Of a stretch of 64,000 nucleotides of DNA, positions 39,187 through 53,263 are shown piece by piece. Source of the stretch: Octopus sinensis (Eukaryota); NCBI RefSeq assembly GCF_006345805.1, contig NC_042999.1, positions 75,888,001-75,952,000 on the forward strand, read 5' to 3'. A program made the translations under genes and the position numbers. The notes under the pieces were generated by a model. That model was not told the origin of the DNA, did not search any database, and saw only the letters and a program-made list of their open reading frames with translations. Each line of letters opens with the position of its first letter. Position 1 is the first letter of the stretch.

Positions 39187-39839
39187 CACCTTCATCGTCA
39201 CCATCACCATCATCATCATCATTATTATTATTATTACTATAGTAATAATGACAAGTAGTATCGTCAGTATCTTAATATGATTAGCAGTGTTAATAATAGT
39301 AGTTTTATTAATCAAAAGTGCAAAGCCATCGCAAAGTAGAAATTTTAAATAGTATTCTCGATCGCAAGGCGGAATGTAAGTTTTATATACGCACATTGTG
39401 TGTGCATGTGCATGTATGTACGTATATGAATCTCTGTATGCATTGTTTTAGCAGCACTTACATGTATATTTATATGCATAAAATTATACATATATATTTA
39501 CTTACAAAACCTCACACACACATAGAGACAAGCAGTCATACATACGTACGCACGCACACCACATACATACAGTCGCACTCAAAGCTCTGTGGTTAAGACG
39601 TTCTCTACACAGTGACCACACACTATATATAAATATATATAATCAAAATAAGTAACAGGATATCAAGTAGTAATGCAGTACGACTGTTTCAAGCGGCTCC
39701 ATTTAGTAGAACAATGCAGTCATTCCATCAATCTAAATACATCGCTATCTTCAACAAGACATATATATATATATATATAGTAAGAAAAAGGAGGAAGAGA
39801 ATTTCAACTATCCCGTACCTTTCTTTCATTGGACACTAA

Positions 39840-40406
39840 ACTCTGCTTGCGAAGACCTCTTGAAGCAAGTGAAATCGAAATCAAATTCGATGACAGCACC
39901 GCATGACTGGTGTCCGTGCTAGTGGAGCGCTAAGAGCACCATCCGAGCGTGATCGTTGCCATAGCTGCTGACTGGCCCCCGTACCGGTGGCACGTAAAAA
40001 GCACCATTCGAGCGTGATCGTTACCAACGTTGCCTTACTGGTACTTGTGCCAGTGATACGTGAAAAGAAACATTCGAGTGAGGGCATTGCCAGTGCCGCT
40101 GGACTGTCTTCTGTGCAAGTGACACGTAAAAACACCATTTGAGCGTGGCCGTTGCCAGTACCGCCTGACAGGTCCTCGTGCCGGTGGCACGTAATAGCAC
40201 CCACTTCACTCTCGGAGTTGTTGGCGTTAGGAAGGACACTCAGCTGTAGAAACTCTGCCAGATCAGATTGGAGCTTGGTGCAGCCATCTGGCTCACCAGT
40301 ACCCAGTCAAACCGTCCAACCCATGCCAGCATGGAAAGCGGACGTTAAATGATGATGACGATGATGATGATGATTATGATGATGATGATGATTATGATGA
40401 TGATGA
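39840..40406 (+). mobile_element. SINE family D (V-domain-like) with five internal ~65-bp tandem units and (GAT)n tail
   Basis: Units begin at about 39905, 39970, 40036, 40102 and 40167; the 3' part matches 26154-26311. Confidence 0.8.
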
Positions 40407-40561
40407 AAGAAGGAAAATGTACACAGTTTACACAGTTTAAATGTATTTTAAGTGAAAGGGCATTGTGGTTGTCGCCCGGTTTCGTTTTCGCCAGTCATGA
40501 CATTTAAATTATTGTAATTTCGTATTTTCTTAAGATTTTAGCCCATGTTCTTGCATGAAAG

Positions 40562-40596
<35 letters not shown>

Positions 40597-40827
40597 CATA
40601 CACAAGTGCAAACAAGGGAGTCAGAGAAAGGCAGAATGCTACTTATATCTGAACACTACTACAGAAATATTCTTTTAAAAAAACTTTTCTTCTAATTTTT
40701 CTAAATTTAATTATTTAATCGTTACAGTTGAAAAGGTCTCAAAATGACCGAAACCGGTACTGAAAGATTCACTATAAAATCATCTTAGCATTTTCTATTT
40801 TTGACTTGTTTTTTCATATATATATAT

Positions 40828-40860
<33 letters not shown>

Positions 40861-42139
40861 TATATACATATATGTATACATACATACATGTACGCACACA
40901 CACCACACACACACACACACGCACATATATATGGAAACTCCATCCATCCATTCATTTATACATACATATGTACGTACATGCATGAGAGACACTCAACATT
41001 AAGCCTCATACATATGGCATGAAACACGAATCGTTGAATGTGTCATGAATACTATCTCCAACATTAATACAACTTCTATCAGCCTTGTTAAATATGCAGT
41101 TATATATCTGACGGCATGCTGTGAAGTAGACATTTGTTCAAAATCCTAGAGATATCCATCTCAAACTTGGATACACAATGTAGCGATTTGCTATAAATAA
41201 CATGGTTGAACATCTCGCTGACACTAGCTTGAATAACTGAAGAGAAATAACATCACGAAAGGTGAATTAAATGTTTTTAGTTACTGTTATAGAAATAACC
41301 GTAACGATAAAGCACATTTTTCATGGAATTATGAACTCAATAATGATTTTATTAATTGTTTTATAATGGCAAAAATATTCCCTTGTTGGCTATACCTCTG
41401 TATTGGAACTACAGTAGGATGAACTTTACCCAGTATGAAATTATTTTGTGACGAAACAATTACCCAACAACTAAATTTGTTGAACGCAAGAGGAAGGCTG
41501 ATAATTACTTTATAATTGATAAGCGTAATTTTATTGCCAGAAGTGTGAACATATTTTACAAATAACACTACGCTTTTACAAATAAGAGTACGCCTAGGAC
41601 AACATGCCTATAGCAACGATGACATCAAATGTCACAACAGATTGCCATGCTGTCAATGCCTGTGGCAGTAATGATGTTAATTAGTGTACTACAAACTAAA
41701 ACAGCGCGGACTATTTAAAAATTAGTTGTATCGTTAGTGAAATATTTCAAGACGAGAATAATTTCATATTTAAGATTCTTGTTACAAACTCATATTCGAC
41801 TAGCTTTAGTGAAACCAACTGATTGTTGACTGTTAAAGCTGTTTAACGAAATAGAAGTAATGTTTTATATTTAAGGCAGATTTACACTAGCATGCATGCC
41901 TTCCCAAAAACTGCAAAGCCGCGTCTTAGAAATACTAAAGAAGTAGAATAAAAAGCAAGAAAAAGTGCTACTACTGATTTGATAAGTATAAATAAAAAAT
42001 AGTTCATCGACCGAAGACTATCAGTATGTGGTGTTTATCCTATTCAAGTAAATAATTACACTCCTCTGCAGATCAACACAAACATGTCCAGTGTCTTCAG
42101 AGTTACATCCAGAGTGTTTGGGTGTCAATCTGAGGATAT

Positions 42140-42741
42140 GTACCAGCCTCATGGTGTTTGAAGTGAACACTAGTGATGGCGATGTTATGCCTCCATTCAT
42201 CTTCCACACGGCCTCAGACTCAAAACGGAGGACTACATCAAGTACCCGGAGGAAGTAGTGCTACCCTGGGTCAAGAGGGTGGCTGCTGAATGACTCTGTC
42301 TGGCAACAAGACTCTGCACCGTGCCGCACAAGCAGAAGAACCCATTCATGGCTGTTAGCCAATTTCTGTGACCATATCAACTCTAACATCTGGCCACCTA
42401 ACTCCAAGACTGCAAACCCTTTAATTATTATGTGTGGGGCGCAGTTGAGCGATAGACCGACAAAACTCTAACACCAAAGATGAACTGAAGGCAAGGGTTA
42501 TGGTAGCATATTAAACAAGGAGACCGTTCTTGTGGAATTTGTGGAAATTTTTCCCTTGTGGAGTTGCAAGAAATTCCGAAGTCGTCTTGAAGCTGTGGTT
42601 GAAGCCAATGGTGATTTTATTGAATAAATTTACTCTTTAGTATTTCAAGATATTTATATGTAAATATATCTGTTAAAATGAGATGTCAGTGTTATTTTCA
42701 TTTTTGCATAACTTAGACGACAGTTTATTCACCCCACCCTG
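42140..42741 (+). pseudogene. Tc1/mariner maT-like (DD37D-type) transposase relic with right terminus
   Basis: VMPPFIF...EEVVLPWVKRVAA...WQQDSAPC...IWPPNS..NP..YYVWGAVE. The element ends TTATTCACCCCACCCTG-TA. Confidence 0.8.
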
Positions 42742-43121
42742 TATATATGTATATACGTAGTAGTTATTTAAATTTTGGGTATACACCTGGTAGTATTCCG
42801 ATTAAAGCACTTTCACTGTCTATGGCTACCTGATGTCACCCACAATACTTGTATAAATGCCACTAGATCAACCACAGGAATTCTTCAGATTTTTCCTCAG
42901 TTCATTGAAAACTCGTCTGATGAGACACAGCTGCACCGAAGAATGCACAATAACCAGTTGCATAGTATCTCATCCGTGAGGGATCGCTGCAAGATGAGTC
43001 GAAATGATCATTGCGATTAATAAAGAATCACGTGAATTCCATTTTCCGTTCCTCTCGTGTTGTATATAATTTGTGTATGTGTGTATATGTGTGTATCATT
43101 ATTGATGATAATTATTATTAA

Positions 43122-43660
43122 CCCTTCGTTCGTTACATGAGGTGTGTTGTCACCCCAAAGTATTCTAAATGCTCGTAATTTCTAATTCGCGACGTTTCTC
43201 CCACTTCCTCTACTTTCTGATCCAGTGAGTGTTGCGGGTGGTGTGACGCAGTCGCGGCTCAGTTGTCGTGGGAGGTAGGCGTCGGTTTTGTTTAGTCACC
43301 CCATGTGTTCAAGTTTTGATTTAATGGATATTGTAACGGAGATTGCCTGTTATGCTATTTTTTAATATTAATATTCATCATTGATATTAAACAATTCCAC
43401 AAAATAAATGTGATCTAAATCTAAGATTTTTTTTGTTTTTCCTTAATTTTATGATTTATTTTATTGTGTTGTTCTCTATTAATATCACTCAACTGCAAGG
43501 GCTTCAAATTTCTCAACAGTGATTGCAAATATATCCTGAACCAGCAAAATTAGTATATTTTACATAAATAATACTGAAACTATAAACATTTTTGTATTTA
43601 GGTGTGCAAACACGCCAAGTAACTAACCATGTTCAGAAAGGTTAGGTGATTAACGAAGGG
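43122..43660. mobile_element. Non-autonomous piggyBac-like MITE (539 bp)
   Basis: TTAA TSDs at 43118-43121 and 43661-43664; termini CCCTTCGTT / AACGAAGGG. Confidence 0.75.
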
Positions 43661-44004
43661 TTAATGAAAGAGGGTCTACCGATACAAGACCCATGACATA
43701 GTTTGTTTCAATCCTCTACAAAACGTTGTTGTTAATGCTTAGAAAACCTTTTATTGCTTTTAATCCGATTGCTACTTAAATTCTGATTACAAAAGCGGCT
43801 GAAATATTATCATGGAATTTATGATAGACCATGAAGATTGGCAAGAGTCTAATATATTCCTGAAAATTATTCTCTGAGCAACTGATGTGTTACTATTTCA
43901 TTATTGGATTATTGGATCATAGTAATATTAATAGTAATATTGGATCATAGTAATATTAACCGTAACCACAATACAATTCATATTAGAAACCTTTGATAAT
44001 ATTG

Positions 44005-44337
44005 ATTTCAAATTCTGGCACAAAGCCAGTAAGTAAGGGGGAGGGATATGTCAATAACATCGAACCCAGTGTTCAACTGGTACTTATTTTATCGACTCAA
44101 AAGGATGAAAGGCTAAGTGGACCTCGGCGGAATTTGAACTTAGAACGTACAGACGGCCGAAATACCTATTTCTTTACTACCCACAAGGAGCTAAACACTC
44201 TAAGGAGAAGACAAACAAGGACAGACAAACGGATTAAGTCGATTATAGTTGAGTTTGAACTCATGACGTAGCGGCAGACGAAATACCGCAAAGCATTTCG
44301 CCCAGCTTACTAACGTTTCTGCTAATTCGCTGCCTTC
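44005..44337 (-). mobile_element. SINE family B, rearranged with reiterated body
   Basis: Reverse-strand head and two B-box segments. Confidence 0.8.
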
Positions 44338-44549
44338 TTAAGTTCTATATATTACTTTCAACACGGAAATCTACGTAGCTACTCAACATGCAGTAAAATC
44401 GGCAAATGTTAACGAAAATCTATTGAACCAAGAACGGAACTGAATCATAATCGTGGTTTTCTTCAGTTTTCCTTTTTACGGGCTCTTTACTTAGTAATTG
44501 GTTGTGCATGATATTGTTTTGGGGCCAATATTATTTTAGGTTTTAGGTA

Positions 44550-44915
44550 CGACGGGGAAAATGCTAAGCGGTATTTCGTCTGACGTTACGTTCTGAGTTC
44601 AAATTCCGCAGAGGTCAATTTTGCCTTTCATCCTTTCGGGGTCGATTAAATAAGTACCAGTTACGCACTGGGGTCCATATAATCGACTTAATCCGTTTGT
44701 CTGTCCTTGTTTGTCCTCTCTGTGTTTAGCCCTCTCGTGGGTAGTAAAAAAAATAGGTATTTCGTCTGTTTTTACGTTCTGAGTTGAAATACCTCCGAGG
44801 TCGACTTTGCCTTTTATGTTTTCGGGATCAATAAATTAAGTACCAGTTGTGTACTGGGGTCGATATAATCGACTGGCTCCCTCCCCCAAAATTTCTGGCC
44901 TTGTGCCTATAGTAG
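44550..44915 (+). mobile_element. SINE family B with reiterated body
   Basis: GGTATTTCGTCTG..TACGTTCTGAGTT.AAAT occurs at about 44570 and 44757. Confidence 0.85.
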
Positions 44916-45348
44916 AAAAGAATATATAGAATTTAAGTAGTTAAATGAAACGAAACACATTTAGAATTTTCTCAGAAGAGAAAATCACTAACTGATGTAA
45001 ATTATTATTTGAAAAATTATATTATGTAAGCTTTAGTTGTGTATACATGTAAAACAGCAGTCAACAGTTGTCAATACGCCACTGACGTTGATGAATACCC
45101 TTATATATACAGCATGAACATCACTATTTTATCATAAACTCTCGGATTCTGAAAGTCCCCGAACTTATCTTCTGACAGCCGATTGAGAGACCAGGTGCTA
45201 CGATTCAATGTTATTTATTTTTTCCCTCAAGATGTCTATAAACTTGTTATCAATAAGACCAATGCTTATAATAATATATAGTCAGAAGGATAAATGTATA
45301 TAATGTAAGTATATATATATATATTATATATATATATATATACATATA

Positions 45349-45404
<56 letters not shown>

Positions 45405-45449
45405 TTATGTACATAAATACATGCATGTGTAATTATATATATATATGTG

Positions 45450-45490
<41 letters not shown>

Positions 45491-45996
45491 TTATACACGC
45501 ATACACCAACTTCTATGCATAAATACGTAAACACACACACACACACACACACATGCTTTCTGAAGTTTCATATATTTTTAAATTTTAAAAATCATTATTC
45601 TTGATTTTATTGCGTTAGCCATGTTTTCACATCAAATTGGGATTGAAAGGAAAATCTGTTGAGATGAATTCCTGAGCCAATAAATGGCGTACATTTATGT
45701 ACATATACATAAATATACATACTTACACACGTACCTACATATATACATTCATAATAAATGCAGACAAACATGTAGGATAGATCTATAGAAAATAATTTCT
45801 ATAGAAGTTATGAGCTTTAAATATTGGTTGAAATTGCTTTACGCAACAATAAAATTTCGATTATATCTAAAGATAGATTTTTTTCATGTTTACTTCATTT
45901 AGGGAGAAAGAAGGTTCTTTTTACTGTGTAGAATGTTTTCACTCTTTTGCATACTTAACATTCACATTGTTATTGTTGCTGTTGTTGTTCTTTATC

Positions 45997-46076
<80 letters not shown>

Positions 46077-46704
46077 CATAATAATCAAAATAATAATAAT
46101 GATAATAATAATAATAGTAATAATAATAACAACAACAACAACAATAATTATAATAACAATAACAATAATAATAATAATTGTTTATGCATACTATTATGAT
46201 GAAATATGTATGTTATACAATATTTATATATATGCGTATGTATGTTGCTTGTATACATATATAGGTATGCGTGTGTATACGCATGTATGTTTGTATGCAT
46301 ATTTGTGTCGGTATTGTTTAGAAAATATTTAATGGGCACATTTAAAGAGCTTAATCTGTATATCATCATTAGCACAAAACTAAGAAACTATGAAGTGATG
46401 CATAGCTATGTGTGCGTGTATTTCTGTGAGTTGCGTGTCTGTGTGTGTATTGTAGGTACATCCCATCCAACTGACTTCTTCACAGTTTCCATCAACTAAA
46501 GTCAATTTCCTTGCCATGTGTCGACAGATGGCTATGATGAAAGACAGTTACTAACTATCCAAACTATGTTTTGTCATGATCTCATGTCGGCATATGCTAT
46601 GTGAGTCAACTTAGTCTGTAGGAAACTGTACGGAATCTCGCCGGATATATTACATTTGTAATACACACAAAGACTCATTAAGAGAAACGCATACACACGC
46701 GTAA

Positions 46705-46753
<49 letters not shown>

Positions 46754-46797
46754 CGTTTGTTTTGTACACCACCTGTCTTCGTCTTTTGTCTTTTTCG

Positions 46798-46805
46798 TAA
46801 ACTCT

Positions 46806-46851
<46 letters not shown>

Positions 46852-46857
46852 AGAGTT

Positions 46858-46859
<2 letters not shown>
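46798..46859. repeat. Perfect 62-bp palindrome: TAAACTCTCCC-(TA)20-GGGAGAGTTTA
   Basis: Directly visible. Confidence 0.95.
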
Positions 46860-46918
<59 letters not shown>

Positions 46919-47269
46919 ATGTATGTATGTATGTATGTATGTATATACTGACATGTATGCATGAATATTTCATCATCAGTATATGCCGTTTTCACACTTA
47001 TTGAAAGGAGTTTTGGATTATTGAAAATGTTGACAAATGTCTTAAAATCATTGTTGCTATATATGCGGAACTCCACTACTTTTCAGAATGCTGCAAACTC
47101 TTTTGTACACAAAACTCAGACAGAATTAGAGGACACTGGTGGGAGTAGTTGAGCTGTACCAACTGTATCAAAAATATTCTAAACGTTCATACATTATTAA
47201 AGCACCGCAATTCATCCAATGAATTCAAACTATTATCTATAATCATCCTAGAAAAACAATGGGTGCCCT

Positions 47270-48082
47270 CGCCAAAGAACTATAGATGTTGGAGTGGACT
47301 ACTATGTATGCGGTGCTCGAGGACTTTCGAAATTATTCGTACGTACTCGAGGAAAGGCCAATTCATTTCCTTAATGACAAGAAAACCATTCGTTCCATAC
47401 CAAGCGGTTGTTTAACAAGATTTAAAACCCCCACTAACATAGCATAAACTTGGTTATTTTCTGATAAGAATTTCTTCGACTAAACAGAGAGTCTAACAGG
47501 AGAAATCACGGATCGATATATGTAGATCCTTCCAATGTCCAGAGGTTGTGCACCCTAAGTTTCTTGCAACAGTGATGGATTTAGAAGTGGTGAGAAATAA
47601 AGGTCATGCCATGCCACCGTACATCCTTTCACAAGGTCTTAGAGTTAAGGCAGCTGGATACTTTGAGGTGCCGGAGACAGTTGTTAAATCTTAGACAGAT
47701 GAACGTAACTCAAGAAACGATTTTAGACAATCTTTACCATCATGTAACTCAAACTTTTGGTCTGCAAAATTGCCAGATTTAAATCCCATGGACTACTACA
47801 TTCCAAGCTTTGTTGAAAGGGAAACTTATCGAGATTTTTACAATACTTTGGCTTCACTAATAGCCGCCATTGTCCAGAAGATGTTCAAAACGAATAAGGA
47901 CCGTTTAGGACACGCATGTCAATGACTTCAGATATGCATTGAATGAATCATGGAAGCTAAGGCGAATTCATAGAATAATTTGACAAGGGAGCACACATTC
48001 TTATTAAAATAAAATTGCTTTTTGCTAGAGTAGAGTTTCTTTTCAGTTAGCAAATATCTTCTCAAATAACTCATACACGCTG
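47270..48082 (+). pseudogene. Older maT-like Tc1/mariner relic
   Basis: HPKFLATVMDLEVVRNKGHAMPPYI and WSAKLPDLNPMDYY..SFVERE. TIR-like end ATAACTCATACACGCTG. Confidence 0.6.
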
Positions 48083-48137
48083 TGACATATGCCTATGTAT
48101 GTATATATGAATATATGTATATATATATGTATATATG

Positions 48138-48245
<108 letters not shown>

Positions 48246-48820
48246 CACACACACATACAATTGAAATAATCGCAGAAATCAAATTATTAATATTACGAGT
48301 CCTTTTTTACAATTATTTCCGATAATTGAATCAAAATTAATGAAGTACGCGAAATATAACTTATTGTCAACAACATTTAGGTTGACATTTAAATTTGTAA
48401 AACATGTGAATACTGGAGTGTAACATGGTTTGAATACTGAGCCGCAATTCGAATGATAACGTCTCGTGCTGTCTTGCGCATCGCCAACTTCATTTACTCT
48501 ATAGAGAGAGGACCCAACCCATTCAATATATGAATACTGAGATACTCCATACTCATACATTTTAGCGGACCTCGAAAAGGTTTTATATCCGTAATGAATA
48601 CAAATACATAAATGGAAGATGAAGCAAGTTTTATCAACTGAAAAACTAACTGGTCATCGCCAATCAATGATATCTATCTCAATTTTCCTTTTGTTGGACA
48701 AATATCATCAAAGACTTCGAAGGTGATTTTTAGTTCCAGATCACACTGATCAAACAGCAGTGACTTTTGTATATCTGCCTCTTTGTATATTTAGGGTATT
48801 TAAGGTTACATTGCCTAACA

Positions 48821-48899
48821 CTGGGGTTCTCAACCTGTGGTCCACGTTCTCCTGGTGGTCCGCAAAGGTAATGCTGACGGTCTGTGAATTAAATTCAAA

Positions 48900-48939
<40 letters not shown>

Positions 48940-49016
48940 TGAAGATAAGCATGTTAAAAGGGAAATCTAATTTAAATTAAAGGGGTCTCTGGTAGTGAAA
49001 AAGTTGGGAACCAGTG
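48821..49016. mobile_element. hAT (Charlie-like) MITE
   Basis: Termini CTGGGGTTCTCAAC / GTTGGGAACCAGTG; 8-bp flanks GCCTAACA / GTCTAACG (6 of 8 match). Confidence 0.65.
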
Positions 49017-50094
49017 GTCTAACGTGTCCCCTGTTATGACAGTAGAATATGATTAGTGGCATATGTATCTGCTATTTCTCTCGTAACAATTGCATAGACC
49101 CAGAAAATGACATAAAAATCATTTCCACCCTTAGTCTTACAAGTGTATTGCTTCTTTTCTATGTTTCTTCTATATAATATTGTATTAACCTTTGTTCCAT
49201 GAAGATGACTTAGCTCATGCCAGCTTATTCAAGCACCCCCATCTCACTCATCTCTCATCATCTCCTCCTCTGCATTTTATCCAAATTATCTGGCTCTGCA
49301 CTAACCATTATGCCACAACTTCCTTTCCAGATTGTCGACCTTCTGCATTTCCTGCAAGTGCTGAATTACAGAGGATTAAGAGGATGGCATCAATCTCATT
49401 GGTCTAGGAAGACCAGCAAAGGCTACAACTTCTTCCTCCAGATCCTGTAAATGTAGAACAACTGAAGAAGAAGAAAAAAAGGAGAAACCTCTTGCATAGT
49501 CTCAAGCTAGAAATAACAAGGTAAGACGTTTCCTCACCATTCGTATTATATATGAATGCATACACGGAAACAATTAGAGAAAGAAAATTATGACAGCCTT
49601 AATTTTTTACGTATATAACAATGTACACAATTTCCTGAAATTTCTGAAATTTCCGAAATTCTTAAATGAGCCTGAAAAAAAAAATTTTATAAGCATCATA
49701 TGTATAGATCATGGGAGATGACAACAAGTATAGTATACGTGATGATGATGATGATGATGATGATGACGACGACGATGACTATGATGATGACTATGATGAT
49801 GATGATGATAGTAATGTTGGAGATGATTGTGATGTTCACAGCCATGTTTAAAGTAAATTTAGCCCATTTAATGGGATATGCAGAACAGCGAGTGTCAAAA
49901 CTACTCTGGTTAAAAGTAATATTTTATAAAGCGATTACTTTCGTTTCCTTTTCTCTTTAAATCCAGACAGAAAATTGAATTTATACACATTGAAAAACAA
50001 ATATAATCTGTCAAAAAGTACTTTTCTACTGTTCGCTCATTGGTTGACAATGTGTGTACATGTATGAGTGTTTATCCATTGAGGGAGAGAGTAT

Positions 50095-50412
50095 GTGTAG
50101 GTATATATACATATATATATATACATATATACATATACATATATATGTATATATATATATATATATGCATGTATATACATATACATATATATGTATATAT
50201 ATATATATACGCATGTATATATATATATATATGTTTGCATATATATATATACATACACACACGCACATATATAAACACATACATATATATATGTGTGTGC
50301 ATACATAATTCATATATACATACACACACAGACGCACACACACATATATACAAAATATACAATATATATATATATACATACATAATGTTGCCATATATAT
50401 ACATGTGTGTAT
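50095..50412. repeat. Degenerate (TA)/(CA)/(TACA) microsatellite
   Basis: Directly visible. Confidence 0.9.
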
Positions 50413-51059
50413 GAATCAGTGAATCTATCCAACGTAATCACATACTAAATGATGATGTATTAAGCAGAACATTTTTTATTAGTTTATACCCACCGTCATT
50501 ATTACTGAACTCTTCGACCATCCAATCTATGCGCTAGATATAGAACGTCTTGTTGTTTTATAGTATACAGAGTGAATGAATTGACTTTGGCAATTAGTGA
50601 AAAGTTTTCCGAATTTTCTGTACTAGACTCATAAAACATAATGCTGTAAAGCTTTCAGTGATTGTGGCAATTCCTTCCGATGCATTCTTCGTTTTAAATA
50701 ATTCCATTAATCTTTTCAATGTACATAATTTAATTTTTCTGATGTCGTATTGTATAATAATATATGGTGGCTCACAGCTGTTTGAGATAATAGGAAGCAA
50801 GTCCAGTATTCGAATGGCAAGCAAGCTGTTCTTGTCATGTCACAGACAGTGCGCTGAGTTCACAGACAAAACACTAAATTCTCTTGCTACTACTTAAGTA
50901 TATCATGAAGATATGAGAAGCTATGTTAGAGGACAGCAACTTGTAAGTTTTATTATGTAATATCCAAGTGGGCTTAAATAAGAGCGCTCTAACAGTTCTG
51001 CTATCTAATAAATAATAATCTCTAACATAGACACAAGTGCACAAACTTTTGAGAGTGAG

Positions 51060-51225
51060 TTATTCAATTAAATGAACGCAAGTACTTGACGATACTTTCT
51101 TCGTCGACCCGAGAAAATCGAAAAGCAAATCTACACGGCAGACTTTGAACTTAGAAGAAATAATACATAGCTTTGTCTCTGACGCTCTAAGGATGCTGCT
51201 AATCTAGTGTCCCTCCATACACTCA
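51060..51225 (-). mobile_element. SINE family B, highly degraded
   Basis: GTCGACCCGAGAAAA..GAAAAGCAAA...TTTGAACTTAGA. Confidence 0.5.
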
Positions 51226-51909
51226 AGAAATATTAATAGCGACTGAAGCATTTGGATATAAAGGTAATCTTTATATCCAACTTAAAGCTTGGATGTTTTA
51301 TTAGAACACCCAATACTGCATTATTAGCCTTGAGAGATCCCCTCATAAAAGCGTTTAGTGCATAAAAGCAGACATATAGATAATAGCAAACGAGAATCAT
51401 CCGTCATGGTTGTCGAAACTCCCATATCACTTGATTTCATCTTACTGGAAACCATCAGTGGGAGGCCACATACCAGTCAAATCTTGCATGCGAGTCAAAT
51501 CTCGCTGCTACGATATATAGAATATCAAGATCTTTTGGGACAGTGATTTCGCAAGTAGCCAGTGGGCTTATTTGAAATACATTATTAACATCAGAAGCAG
51601 TATCAATACCAAAAGATAATTTTTACAACCAACGTGACATGTATGTCATAGAATAACTAATACATGTCATGGGCGCCGGAACTCCCATATCGTGATTTCC
51701 TTGTTTTGAAAATCACCAATGGGACGCGTCCGGTCACCGCATGTCAGATGCTGATATCCTGTAACACGTAACTGCGAGATTTGACTGGCATGTGCTGAGT
51801 CTGGCGTCCATGACAGTACTGGGGTCGATTTGTTCGACTAAAGGCGGTGCTCCAGTATGGTTGCAGTCAAATGAATGAAACAAATAAAAGAATAAAAGAA
51901 AATACATGT

Positions 51910-53263
51910 ATTAAAGCGCTACTAATAATTTCATACGTTGAGAGAACTCAAAAACATATTCTTCATGCGAGAAAGCACTTTTGTTCACTAAAGGATTAGA
52001 ATGAGAAAAAAAGTCGCATACTGACGAACTGTTTGATGTATCTATGGGGCCATATGATAGTGCAGATGTCTGTAATCTTGTGGGTTTATTTATATTAATC
52101 ACATTGAGATACCAATACCCAGCTCATGACATTGGCCTATACCGTGACGACGTTTTAGGTATCTCCCATGGGTGTGATGGTCACACCCTTGATAGATTTA
52201 GGAAGAAACTAATTTCAACTTTTAATCAATTAGGACTTAGTAACCTCTGTATAGTTGATTATATAAATGTTTCCCTAGATTTAAACTCCTCGTATAAGAC
52301 TAACGAATAACTCACATATACATAAACAGTCTTGTCACCCTCCTGTAGTATTTTAAAATCTGATAGCTAATATTAGTAATAGAGTGTCTAACCTCTCTTC
52401 TTCCAAAGAAATTTTCGACAAAGCTGCCCCTTATTATAACAAGGCCCTAACCAATAGTGGCTTCAAAGATAAATTAATATATAATCCCTCTATTAATCAA
52501 AATATTAATAATAGATCTAGTGGCATCAAAAATAAAATAGTACCTAACCACTCTCGCATTAATCAGGATAATAAGAAACAAAACAATAGGCCAAGGAAAA
52601 TTATTTGGTCCGCCCCTTCCCTTTTACCTTAATATAAAAACTAACATTAATAAAAGATTCCTATCACTCCTAGACAAATACTTTTCAGATACTCGCAGGT
52701 ACAGGAAAATATTCAATAGGCGTTCTGTGAAATTGTTATATAGCTGCTGCCCAGGTATGGAGAGTGTCGTTGCACGTAGCCGGCACCGGGAGCCTGGTCC
52801 GGTTGCGGCTGCCACGGCCCAGGATCTTGTTCATTTGACCAGTGATGTAAGATTGACTCTATCACGTGTGAAGCAGAAGTTACTGCTACCCTAAATGGTG
52901 ATACAACTGATGGGAAGACCTATACTGGATTTTGTGAGGGTGTTTGGTGATCGCTGTGCCAGTCACATGGCCTCCTTCTGACATGGGGACAAAAGTAGAG
53001 CTACTGGGTTGGCTGGTAGCGTGTGAACTATAAGAGATGGCGTAGCACGGCATGTAATTGAGTGGAAAGTGGTTGAGAAATCTATGCCTTGTGTGAACGG
53101 ATCGAATGAATGTAGACTTTGTTTGGCTGAAGGGGCGCAGATCATGTTCGGATCTAGGATCCCTAGCTCTCTATTGAACTCCAGGTCGGAAATTTTCAGT
53201 AGGTGCATGCATATGGATAAATGTTTTCTGAACAGTTGGAGAATTCTGCCTATTCCTGACTGA
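51910..53263 (+). pseudogene. Penelope-like element: RT plus GIY-YIG endonuclease, frameshifted
   Basis: FDVSMGPYDSADVCNLVGLFIL, IGLYRDD, SSKEIFDKAAPYY..AL..SGF, RKIIW..P, KTYTG, WKVVEKS.P...SNECRLCLAE, LLNSRSEIFSRC.H. Confidence 0.9.

Noticed and set aside
39905-40200. CRISPR-like array
   Set aside because: The whole 65-bp unit is repeated with no unique spacers, it lies inside a eukaryotic SINE, and there are no cas genes.
42916-42950. CTGATGA...GAA hammerhead candidate
   Set aside because: Stem II does not pair and there is no GAAA-N..NUH arrangement.
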